The position numbers were made by a program, and so were the translations under genes. This document shows, piece by piece, positions 17,907-26,451 of a stretch of 32,000 bases of DNA. The stretch's first letter is position 1; the number at the start of each line of letters is the position of its first letter. The notes beneath the pieces are model-generated. The model saw only the letters and a list, made by a program, of their open reading frames with translations, ran no database searches and was not told where the DNA came from. The stretch spans positions 270,001 to 302,000 of the forward strand of contig FP565575.1 in the NCBI GenBank assembly GCA_000091165.1, in the 5' to 3' direction. Source of the DNA: Candidatus Methylomirabilis oxygeniifera (GTDB lineage: Bacteria > Methylomirabilota > Methylomirabilia > Methylomirabilales > Methylomirabilaceae).

Positions 17907-19690
17907 AGGCTCACCGGAGGCTGCGCGTGCGGTCAATATTCTCTTCTTTTCCGACACACGTCTTGCTTGAGAAGTGCATTGTATTGGGAGCATTGTTTGC
18001 GATTGCACTCTCTTGTTCGTTTCATGTGCTGCACTATTGGTTTCTTTACGATGATCCCGCTGCTATCGTCTATTCGACGAAATCCTTGAACGATATATTT
18101 TTCTCCAATGACGCATATGTATATGGGTTTTATGCGCCGTTGTTAGCGCTTATCTTTAAGCCTGACGTTCTCTTTTTTGGGATCCAACCATTACCGTACC
18201 GTATTCACAATCTCATGATTCTCGTCTCGATAGCTTTTGTGGTCTACCAGATACTCAGGCAGTATACGGATAAATTCTCATCTGCCGTCTCTGCGATGAT
18301 TGTTCTATGTGCAACCCCCTCGTTTATCTGTGTGATTTGGATAACGCTCAGGCAATATCTGTACCCCATGCTCTTTTCTTTAATCGCGATCTATCTCTAC
18401 ATAAAATACACACCCGATCCGAAACGCGACACGTACGTGTTCCTTACCATACTGGTTCTGAGTGAATTAAGCTTTATGGGCAAAGAACAATTTATGACTT
18501 TGCCTTTTGTCCTTTTGGTCCTCTCGAAAGAGAACTTTAAGAACAGATGTCTCAAGACATATCCTTACTTTCTCTTGCTTGCCCTGCATTTTTTGCTTCG
18601 ATGGTATGTGTTGGGAAGTATGGGGGGATATTTAGGAGTTACTTACAACCCTTTGGTTTACCTGAAAACGGTCTTTACATCCATCTTCACCACCTCAGAG
18701 ATTTTATTTGGATCTCAGTGGTTGGTAGCTGTTTTGTTGTTGCCGTTCTTGTTACAGCCCGACAAGTGTATGCGATTGGTTCTCTTGTGGGTAGCGACCC
18801 TCGCTGTGTCTTTTCTTGGTATGTCTGTATATCCTTCGGCAGACACCTATCGCTATTGGTTCATTGCCGCAGTTCTGTTTTCCTTTATGATGGGGTTTGG
18901 CTCGGCTGTCATCAAAAACCCTCTGCTTAGGGGATTGTACATCCTGGCGGCAGTCATTCCGTTCTTCATTCACAGCTCGAAAATAAACGAGGAAATCACG
19001 GTCTTGTTTCAACGTGAATCGTCTATAGCCTATAAGACGTCACAATCTATGCTTGATGAGAGATACCGCAACGCAGTGATGATGTTTCCGGACAGCCCGT
19101 ATACTCATTCCGGGTATATATATTCGATGCAAAACGCATATCAGAGGGTCCTGGGAGTCGAAGCCCTCCCTACGTTCTATCCCTTTGAACTGCTGGCATT
19201 TTATCCGGACATATTACAAGATTTCGATGGCGTGTATGAAATAACACCACACGAAATTATCGATATTACACAGTCTATAAAAAAGAGATCGGATCTTTTT
19301 TTGGCAGCGTTGACCGATCAGAAACCGGAATTCGGACTCTTGCAGAGCGGAGAAGAGTTAGCGGTAAGTCTCAAGTGCAGATCCGGCAGATCGGTCACCT
19401 CGTTTATCATAGAGCAAGAGCAGTTTGCCGATAAGCAGCGCGTGAGTAGAAACGTTCTTCCTTACCTTGAGAGATTGAACTTGAGCAACACCATAAAAAA
19501 GAGCGGGAACGCCAGACTGGTGCCGATAGAGGAGATTTCATATAAGAAGAAAACGTGGTATTTCGGACGAGAACGCATTCCGGATGCTACGCTATTGATA
19601 ACAAATTTGTGCAGTGATCTATCGGGAAACAATACGCGTTTATCGGATGTTTTGTATATTCCTTTGGCGAAGAGGTTTCACATAAGCTAA
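17903..19690 (+). CDS. Multi-pass membrane protein, GT-C-like
   Basis: ATG 17903 overlaps the upstream stop by ATGA. First-loop motif HYWFLYDDPAAIVYSTKSLNDIFF followed by many TM stretches. Confidence 0.75.
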   Translation: MKAHRRLRVRSIFSSFPTHVLLEKCIVLGALFAIALSCSFHVLHYWFLYDDPAAIVYSTKSLNDIFFSNDAYVYGFYAPLLALIFKPDVLFFGIQPLPYRIHNLMILVSIAFVVYQILRQYTDKFSSAVSAMIVLCATPSFICVIWITLRQYLYPMLFSLIAIYLYIKYTPDPKRDTYVFLTILVLSELSFMGKEQFMTLPFVLLVLSKENFKNRCLKTYPYFLLLALHFLLRWYVLGSMGGYLGVTYNPLVYLKTVFTSIFTTSEILFGSQWLVAVLLLPFLLQPDKCMRLVLLWVATLAVSFLGMSVYPSADTYRYWFIAAVLFSFMMGFGSAVIKNPLLRGLYILAAVIPFFIHSSKINEEITVLFQRESSIAYKTSQSMLDERYRNAVMMFPDSPYTHSGYIYSMQNAYQRVLGVEALPTFYPFELLAFYPDILQDFDGVYEITPHEIIDITQSIKKRSDLFLAALTDQKPEFGLLQSGEELAVSLKCRSGRSVTSFIIEQEQFADKQRVSRNVLPYLERLNLSNTIKKSGNARLVPIEEISYKKKTWYFGRERIPDATLLITNLCSDLSGNNTRLSDVLYIPLAKRFHIS

Positions 19691-20457
19691 TGGTGTCCCT
19701 CTTGAGAGGCCGTTCTACCGACATGGATGATGAGCAGATTCAACTCAGCGTGGCGATTCCCACATACAATGAGGCGAACCGGATCGGCCCGTCGCTCCAC
19801 CGGGTGTGGGACTATTTGCGGTCCCGATACGGGGCGGGCGGATTCGAGATGATTGTGGTGGATGACGGATCGCGCGACAGCACGGTCGCCGTTGTGGAAC
19901 AATTCGGGATGCGCGCGCCGGAGTTGCGACTGGTCCGCTTCTCACGGAACCGAGGCAAGGGCGCCGCCGTTCGGGCCGGCATGATAGCGGCCACAGGGAA
20001 GGCCGTGCTGTTCTCGGATGCGGACCTCTCCACACCGATCGAGGATGTGGAGGGCGCGTTAAGGCTGCTGGCGGACGGCGGAGATGTCGTGATCGGCTCG
20101 CGCGCGCTGCCTGGATCGCTGATTCTGGTGCGTCAGCATCCGTTGCGCGAGTCGATGGGACGACTGTTCAATCGCCTTATCCGGGTCCTCCTTCGGATCC
20201 CGTTTCGAGATACGCAGTGCGGATTCAAGCTGTTTCGGCGCGAGGCGGCGCATGCGATCTTCCAGCGCGCACGTATCGACGGCTTTGCCTTCGACGTCGA
20301 GGTTATCCTCATCGCGATGCAGTTGGGATATACCGTACGCGAGATGCCGGTACACTGGAGCAATGATCCGGCGAGTAGGGTGACCCTGAGTCGCCACCCC
20401 GCACAGATGATCGCCGATCTCTGGCGGATCAGGACCGGGCGCATGAGCGGCCGATGA
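19690..20457 (+). CDS. DPM1-like polyprenyl-phosphate glycosyltransferase (GT2)
   Basis: LSVAIPTYNEANRIGPSLHRVWDYL...MIVVDDGSRDSTVAVV...GKAVLFSDADLSTPIEDV...DTQCGFKLFRREAA. Start could be 19690 or ATG 19723. Confidence 0.92.
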   Translation: MVSLLRGRSTDMDDEQIQLSVAIPTYNEANRIGPSLHRVWDYLRSRYGAGGFEMIVVDDGSRDSTVAVVEQFGMRAPELRLVRFSRNRGKGAAVRAGMIAATGKAVLFSDADLSTPIEDVEGALRLLADGGDVVIGSRALPGSLILVRQHPLRESMGRLFNRLIRVLLRIPFRDTQCGFKLFRREAAHAIFQRARIDGFAFDVEVILIAMQLGYTVREMPVHWSNDPASRVTLSRHPAQMIADLWRIRTGRMSGR

Positions 20458-20534
20458 CGTCTTACCGGGTCGATGCGGTTGAGGTGGGACGTGTCCTCCG
20501 CTTTCGTCGCGCTCCTGGTCTGGCCGGCCGGTCG

Positions 20535-21623
20535 CTAGGTTTTGATCCTGAGTACGGAGGCGAGACCGGCAGTGGTGAACAGGACGTTAGGCAGCCAGGC
20601 CGCGACCAGCGGGGGCAGGACGTCGCCCCGTCCCAGAGAAATACTGAAGGAGTTGAGGATCGAGTAGCAGACGGCTGCTACCACGCAGGCGCCCGTCCAG
20701 GCCATCACGCCTCGCTTACCGGTGCGAAGGGCGAAGGCGATCCCAATGAAGGCCATGACGAGATTCGTGAAGGCCGTAGAGCCCTTTGCGGCCAGGTCCA
20801 CCTGATACCGGACAGAGCTCACCCCGGCTTTGGCCAGTCTCTCAATATACTCCCGAAGCTCAGACGAGGTCATCTCTTCGGCCTCACGCACCACATGGGC
20901 GAGATCCTCGGGTTTTTCTTCGAGGTAGAGCGTGAGGTGTGTGAACGGATCAACCCGGAAGGTCCCATCAGGCTTGGTCCGGGATATTTCGCCGTTCTGA
21001 AGCCGCCACTGTCCGTCTTGCCATCTGGCCTCCTTTGCATCGATCCTTCTCGCCAGTCTGAAATCCGGTGAGAGTTCAAAGACGGTCAATCCTCGGATGC
21101 TGCCCGATGCCGCCTCCAGCAGCGAGATATGCAAAAACCGGTTACCTTTGGCCCGGTACCAGATATCGTTGTTTTTGGTGCGCTGGAAGGGGGAGACCTT
21201 CTGCACCTTCACCCGATAGGCATCCAGCGCACGCTCGTTCATTCGAGGAACAATCGACTCGCCGAGAATTAAGGCGGCAAAGCTGACGACGAGGCCAAGA
21301 ACCAATGGCGGAACAACGATGCGGAAGATGCTCAGATGACCCATTTTCATGGCAAGCAGTTCATTGTGCCTCGCCATTTTCCCAAGGCTGAACAGGGCGG
21401 CGAGGAGTACTGCCACCGGCATGACCTGGAACCCGAACCATGGCAGCCTGTAGATGTAATACTGGATCACCACCACGCCGGATACGTCAAGGAAGCGGGA
21501 GAGGCGATCGAATAGGTCTACGATGACGGAGAGCGCGAGGAAGATCACCAGTGAGAAGGCACAGATTCTGAGAAACTCTTTCGCAAGATACCGATCCAGG
21601 ATTCGCATGGGAACGGTCAGCAT
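20535..21623 (-). CDS. lptG: LPS export permease LptG (YjgP/YjgQ family)
   Basis: RILDRYLAKEFLRICAFSLVIFLALSVIVDLFDRLSRFL, periplasmic domain, C-terminal GKRGVMAWTGACVVAAVCYSILNSFSISLGRGDVLPPLVAAWLPNVLF. Start 21623 or 21608. Confidence 0.88.
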   Translation of the reverse strand: MLTVPMRILDRYLAKEFLRICAFSLVIFLALSVIVDLFDRLSRFLDVSGVVVIQYYIYRLPWFGFQVMPVAVLLAALFSLGKMARHNELLAMKMGHLSIFRIVVPPLVLGLVVSFAALILGESIVPRMNERALDAYRVKVQKVSPFQRTKNNDIWYRAKGNRFLHISLLEAASGSIRGLTVFELSPDFRLARRIDAKEARWQDGQWRLQNGEISRTKPDGTFRVDPFTHLTLYLEEKPEDLAHVVREAEEMTSSELREYIERLAKAGVSSVRYQVDLAAKGSTAFTNLVMAFIGIAFALRTGKRGVMAWTGACVVAAVCYSILNSFSISLGRGDVLPPLVAAWLPNVLFTTAGLASVLRIKT

Positions 21624-21630
21624 TCAGCGC

Positions 21631-22911
21631 TCAGCAAGACCTTTTCCTGCTGAAAGCTGATCGCCGGACGCTGATAGCTCTCCATATCAGCGATTGAAGC
21701 CTGGCCGGTAGAAAGGCCTCGCGGTCCTCCGTAAGAACTAAGCCGATTGCGATCATGCCCAGGGTGAGATTCGGGAACCATACACCGAGGGCAGGATCGA
21801 TTCGCCCGCGAGAACCGAGGCTCTCGCCGGTTGCGAGCAGGATATAGTAGAACACGGCAAAGGCCACGCTGAGGGCCAGGCTGACACCGCGGCCGGCTTT
21901 CTTGATGCGCATGGCAAGCGGCGCGCCTATCATGCTTAAGATGAGGCACGCAATCGGGAGTGAAAATTTTTTATGCAGTTCTACCTGCAGCGGCCACGCC
22001 TTACCTCCGTCTTTATTGAGTCGCGCAATCTCCGTCCGCAGCTCCCCGATATTCATCTCTTTACTCTGCCGGACCCGCGCCACCGTTTCAGCAACGGTGC
22101 CACCGGTCAGGATCTGAAGATCGTACGTTTCGAAATCGAGATTTCGATAGCGGTCCGGATGATCGCGAGAACTGATCTGGAGCGTTCCCCTTGATAATTG
22201 GAGTCCGATCGGCGCCTCCGTCTCATCATCCTTATTGAGCAGTTTACCTTCTTGAGCGATGATCAGGCGCTGATCGGCCTGGTTTCTTTGATCGATGACC
22301 AGGATGCCGTGAAGTGTCCCGTCCGTTTTTTCCGAGCGATCCACGTAGATCGCAAGTCCTGGGTATTCGGTGTTGAATATGCCGTTCTCGAGGGCCGTGA
22401 GCACGTGAGTGTGATAGAGCTGATGTGTCAACGTTTTGAAGGCCTTCGTGCTGCTGGGTTGCACCAGGGTACTGATCCACAGGGTGGCGAACGTGGCTAC
22501 GACGCCGAAGAGGACGCCTGGCGCCATGAGGCGGTACAAACTGAGGCCGCTTGTTTTGAGCACGATCGCCTCCCCCTCGGACGAGACTCGGCCATACGTC
22601 GCCAGGACGGCTAACAGCACGGACATCGGAATCGTCACCGTAAAAGAAAAGGGAAGAATGTACGAGATGAGACGGAGGACGACTCCAACGGGCGCTCCTT
22701 TATTGATGATCAGATCCATCAAGCGCATCATCTGGTCCATCAACAGTACGAAGGTAAAGGTCCCGAGTCCGAGCGCGAATGAGGCCGCCATCTCTCGCAG
22801 CAGATGTCGATCGATCAGACAGAAAGGACGCAGCCATCCGGTGAAAACGGTCGTCCCGTCGATAGGAGGGGTGGGGTGCGACGTGCGTGGTACGCGGTGC
22901 GAATGCTGCAT
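21631..22911 (-). CDS. lptF: LPS export permease LptF (YjgP/YjgQ family)
   Basis: LIDRHLLREMAASFALGLGTFTFVLLMDQMMRLMDLIINKG...LPFSFTVTIPMSVLLAVLATYGRVSSEGEAIVLKTSG. The N-terminal ~40 residues are probably over-extended. Confidence 0.88.
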   Translation of the reverse strand: MQHSHRVPRTSHPTPPIDGTTVFTGWLRPFCLIDRHLLREMAASFALGLGTFTFVLLMDQMMRLMDLIINKGAPVGVVLRLISYILPFSFTVTIPMSVLLAVLATYGRVSSEGEAIVLKTSGLSLYRLMAPGVLFGVVATFATLWISTLVQPSSTKAFKTLTHQLYHTHVLTALENGIFNTEYPGLAIYVDRSEKTDGTLHGILVIDQRNQADQRLIIAQEGKLLNKDDETEAPIGLQLSRGTLQISSRDHPDRYRNLDFETYDLQILTGGTVAETVARVRQSKEMNIGELRTEIARLNKDGGKAWPLQVELHKKFSLPIACLILSMIGAPLAMRIKKAGRGVSLALSVAFAVFYYILLATGESLGSRGRIDPALGVWFPNLTLGMIAIGLVLTEDREAFLPARLQSLIWRAISVRRSAFSRKRSC

Positions 22912-23027
22912 TTTGTAAATTGTAGTGAAGAGACCTCGCCAAGTAAATAGAATTCGCTTAATATGGCGTCGGCCGGGTTGTTATAAAGGCGCGTGTCGGA
23001 ACGTATTGAGGCTGCGGAGGTTCGTGA

Positions 23028-23993
23028 ATGGGGATTGTGGTGGTTATGATCGGCGCCGTCATGCTGGCGGTGACCTTTATTGCGGTGATGAAAAAATCTA
23101 CTCGAGAAGGCGTAGGCGCCTGGCTTGTGGAAAAGCCTCTCCGTATCTGGTGGCTTCCGTGTCTGCTGCTTATGCTTTACAGTATGGTCAGTGCGGCGGT
23201 CAGCCAGTGGAGCTTCAATGCCTTTACGCTGTTAGCGGTCTATTTTGGATTACCGACATTGCTGCTCTACTTGACCGGACCAAAATCCGGCACTGCACTG
23301 ACCGGGCGAGACCTGGCCATTAATTTTGCCGTGGTGTTGTGGATCTGGTTACTGATTGAGTTGAAGATTGTGAATACAAATTGGCTTCGCGTGCAGTTCG
23401 GCGGAGCCAAGTCGACTGCACTACCGTTGGGCGTCTATGCGGCTATCATTTATGCGCTTGTTGTTCTTTCCGGGTGGAGAAGATTTGATCTGAAGTGCGA
23501 TCTTTCCGTGAAAAGGTCCGACGTGCTCCCGACGGCGGCAACCTTCGGAATTTTAGCCATCACGCTGTTGTTGATTACGCTTTCTACCGGGCTGACCACG
23601 GTGGGAATCGCCAAGGTGGTGAGGCTGAATCCGCTTGGGGTTCCCCTGATTATCGCCGTGCCGGTCGCGGTATTCATCGCCGTTCCGATGATCTTTATGA
23701 GTATCGGAGTGGTTGAAGAAATACTGTTTCGCGACGCGATTCAGAATCTTCTTCGGCATCGTCTTGGGCCGATCTGTGCGCTGGTCGTTGCCTCTATCGT
23801 GTTTGGGCTGGCGCATGTGAATAAGAGAGCGCTAGGATTTGACGTGCCGAACTGGCCATACGCCGGGGTAGCCGCTATTGCCGGGTTAGGCTATGGATTT
23901 GTATTCTGGAAGACCAACTCTGTCATCGCATCTGCAACGGTCCACGCCATGGTAGACGCGATGTGGGTCCTCTTTCTGAGGGGCGGGAAATGA
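23028..23993 (+). CDS. CPBP-family (Rce1-like) glutamic intramembrane protease
   Basis: Hallmark motifs VVEEILFRDAIQNLL, SIVFGLAHVNK and ASATVHAMVDAMW with multiple TM helices. Confidence 0.88.
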   Translation: MGIVVVMIGAVMLAVTFIAVMKKSTREGVGAWLVEKPLRIWWLPCLLLMLYSMVSAAVSQWSFNAFTLLAVYFGLPTLLLYLTGPKSGTALTGRDLAINFAVVLWIWLLIELKIVNTNWLRVQFGGAKSTALPLGVYAAIIYALVVLSGWRRFDLKCDLSVKRSDVLPTAATFGILAITLLLITLSTGLTTVGIAKVVRLNPLGVPLIIAVPVAVFIAVPMIFMSIGVVEEILFRDAIQNLLRHRLGPICALVVASIVFGLAHVNKRALGFDVPNWPYAGVAAIAGLGYGFVFWKTNSVIASATVHAMVDAMWVLFLRGGK

Positions 23994-24131
23994 GCGACCG
24001 GTGCTTGCAGGACGTGAGGCGGTTGCCGGGGGGAGGGTGATTCGCGAGGGAAGAAAAGGCGAGTGAGCGATGGTTCCCAATATTGTTCAGTGGCAGATCT
24101 GAACCTCGAAGAGGGAAAGGAGCCAGACATA

Positions 24132-25817
24132 ATGAATCGGCGAGGGATAGGGATCGTCGTTTTAATGGGTAGTCTCGTGATCCTGAGTGAGAAGGTTACA
24201 TGGGCCCAGGTTGCTCCGGAACGGTCGACAGCCATGAAGCAGACGGCGGAACGGGTTAAAGCCTTCGCAGAACGCATGCCCGAATCTGCGCGAAATATGC
24301 TCTCAAGTGGCGCTCTCAACCTGATTAATCTGGCGGAGCGGTGGGATCAGATTACACCGCACCTGCGACAAGCGCGACCGGCGTCTCGCCCCTCGGATCA
24401 ACCGACCGTGCCCCCCGACGTGGAAGAGGCTTTGGCGAATCGGATCCTGGCACCCAAACAGGTCTCGAACCCGGCTATAGACGTATCGTCCTCTCGCTTT
24501 ACCGGGTTTACCCAGAGTGAAACCTCGACCGCCTGGTGCGGGAACAATGTGGTAGTCGGTTTTAACGACTCTGGGAGTTATGTGGAGACATACTTTTCAT
24601 CCGGAGGATTGAGCTTTAATGGGGTTGCCCGCTCAACCAATAAGGGGGGGTCGTTTGCCGACTTGGGCCACCTGAACCCCGGGCCGGTGTTCACCGACTT
24701 TCTCGGGGGAGACCCGGTTATTGCGTGCAGCGATCCGAACACCTTCTACTACGCGTCGCTCTTCGCCAGGGCGGCAACCAGCGACATCTCAGTCTCAAAG
24801 TCGACTGACGGAGGGGCGACCTTTGGTAATCCGATCTCGGCGGTCAGTAAAAGTTCTCTCACACATTTTCCGGACAAACCGTGGATGGCTGTAGACCCCA
24901 CAAGTCCAAACCGACTCTTCGTCACCTATACAGACTTTGACTCCTCGGGCGCGATGTGCGGATTTGACGGCGGTGACCCCATCTTGAGAACCGCCATCGA
25001 ACTGGTCCGCTCGACAGATGGAGGGGTAAGCTGGGGCCCTCCCGTGGTGGTCCGTGAGGTCTGCGATCCTGACGGCGTTCAGGGCTCACAGGTAGCGGTC
25101 GGCCCCGCCGGCGAGGTCTATGTCGCCTGGGAAGCGTTCGCGGCCTCAGGGGCGAGCGAGATCGACATCCGGAAGTCCACGGATAATGGGTCGACGTTCG
25201 GGCCTTTGGTGAAGGTGAACGATGCGATCTGTGCGGGAAGTTGCGCGCGTCTCCAGGGTAACTTTCGCTCATCTGAATTCCCCACACTGGCCGTAGACCG
25301 ATCGGGTACCTCGACGAACGGCTACGTCTATATCGCCTGGAATGACGGTCGAAATCTGACGGTGCCGGATTTTTGGGTAGGGGCGTATGGGTATACTGAC
25401 ATCCTGTTCAGCCGCTCAACGGACGGCGGCGCGACCTGGTTGGCTCCTGTTCGGGTCAATAACAACCCCGAACCATTGTCGTCCGGTCTCGGAACCGACC
25501 AGTATCAGCCGGGGATCGCCGTGGACAAAGCGGGAAAGATCGGCGTCTGTTTCTATGATCGACGCCGGGACCCCAGTAATTTTCTGATCGACTGGGAATG
25601 CGCCTCCTCTAAGGATGCTGGGATCAGTTGGAAAAATAAGAAGATGACAAAGAAGAATTTTCCGGCGGTTCCGAGCCAGGATCTGTTGCTGAATTCCAGA
25701 TACATGGGGGACTACGACGGCCTGGCCAGTGATTTCACTAAAACGAACAGCGGTTTTATCGGCGCCTGGGGGGATAACTCCCTCGGTAACCCCGATATCA
25801 AGGCTGGGAAATTTTAG
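24132..25817 (+). CDS. Secreted Asp-box/BNR-repeat (sialidase-fold) protein
   Basis: Signal peptide MNRRGIGIVVLMGSLVILSEKVTWAQ. Repeated Asp boxes: SKSTDGGATFG, VRSTDGGVSWG, RKSTDNGSTFG, SRSTDGGATWL. Confidence 0.85.
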   Translation: MNRRGIGIVVLMGSLVILSEKVTWAQVAPERSTAMKQTAERVKAFAERMPESARNMLSSGALNLINLAERWDQITPHLRQARPASRPSDQPTVPPDVEEALANRILAPKQVSNPAIDVSSSRFTGFTQSETSTAWCGNNVVVGFNDSGSYVETYFSSGGLSFNGVARSTNKGGSFADLGHLNPGPVFTDFLGGDPVIACSDPNTFYYASLFARAATSDISVSKSTDGGATFGNPISAVSKSSLTHFPDKPWMAVDPTSPNRLFVTYTDFDSSGAMCGFDGGDPILRTAIELVRSTDGGVSWGPPVVVREVCDPDGVQGSQVAVGPAGEVYVAWEAFAASGASEIDIRKSTDNGSTFGPLVKVNDAICAGSCARLQGNFRSSEFPTLAVDRSGTSTNGYVYIAWNDGRNLTVPDFWVGAYGYTDILFSRSTDGGATWLAPVRVNNNPEPLSSGLGTDQYQPGIAVDKAGKIGVCFYDRRRDPSNFLIDWECASSKDAGISWKNKKMTKKNFPAVPSQDLLLNSRYMGDYDGLASDFTKTNSGFIGAWGDNSLGNPDIKAGKF

Positions 25818-26254
25818 GGGTTCGCTCGACAGGAGGCGAGGACGGCCGCGAGGATACCGGCTTCATGGTGGCCGGTTGAGGCAAGCGGCCACCATGGCGA
25901 AGGCCGCATAAGGCGCAGATCGCTCTCGCCGTATCCAAGGATTCTGGCTGCAGCTCGAACCCGGGTTCCGCCTTGCTCGCCCGGGGAAAGGGCGATAGAA
26001 AGCTGGTAGATTCCCTTCGTCCACCGGATTGCCGCTCCCGCACGGTCGGTGACGGCGATCCGGTGGAGTGTTTCCAGATCGATCGGCCGTAACCCTGTCG
26101 TAATCATGCCCTGTTCTTCGTCAACACGGATGATCGATTCCCCTTGAGCGGTGACGACCGCCTGAACGCACCGAAAAGCAGACGGGAGGGGGCGATCCAG
26201 ATCGATTGTCAGCTCGGTCGAGGCTAATGTTACGAGGAGGAGAAGTCCTATCAT
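25814..26254 (-). CDS. Small exported hypothetical protein
   Basis: 146-aa ORF with N-terminal hydrophobic MIGLLLLVTLASTELTIDL. Ends convergently, overlapping the upstream stop. Confidence 0.6.
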   Translation of the reverse strand: MIGLLLLVTLASTELTIDLDRPLPSAFRCVQAVVTAQGESIIRVDEEQGMITTGLRPIDLETLHRIAVTDRAGAAIRWTKGIYQLSIALSPGEQGGTRVRAAARILGYGESDLRLMRPSPWWPLASTGHHEAGILAAVLASCRANP

Positions 26255-26451
26255 TTTACATCACTCTACTCTTCGCTGTCGCAGTTGTGCGAATCCCTTT
26301 CCTTCCCCTAAGGCTAAAGTGTTTGGGTTGTGAAGTCAAATCCGCCGGGTCCGGACTTCCCGTCACTTGATCATCATGTCGTGTGCTAAGATACTGTTTC
26401 TCTCGCACATTTCTGCCGTTCTCGGAAGGAAAGACCAGGCTAAGGGGAAGC

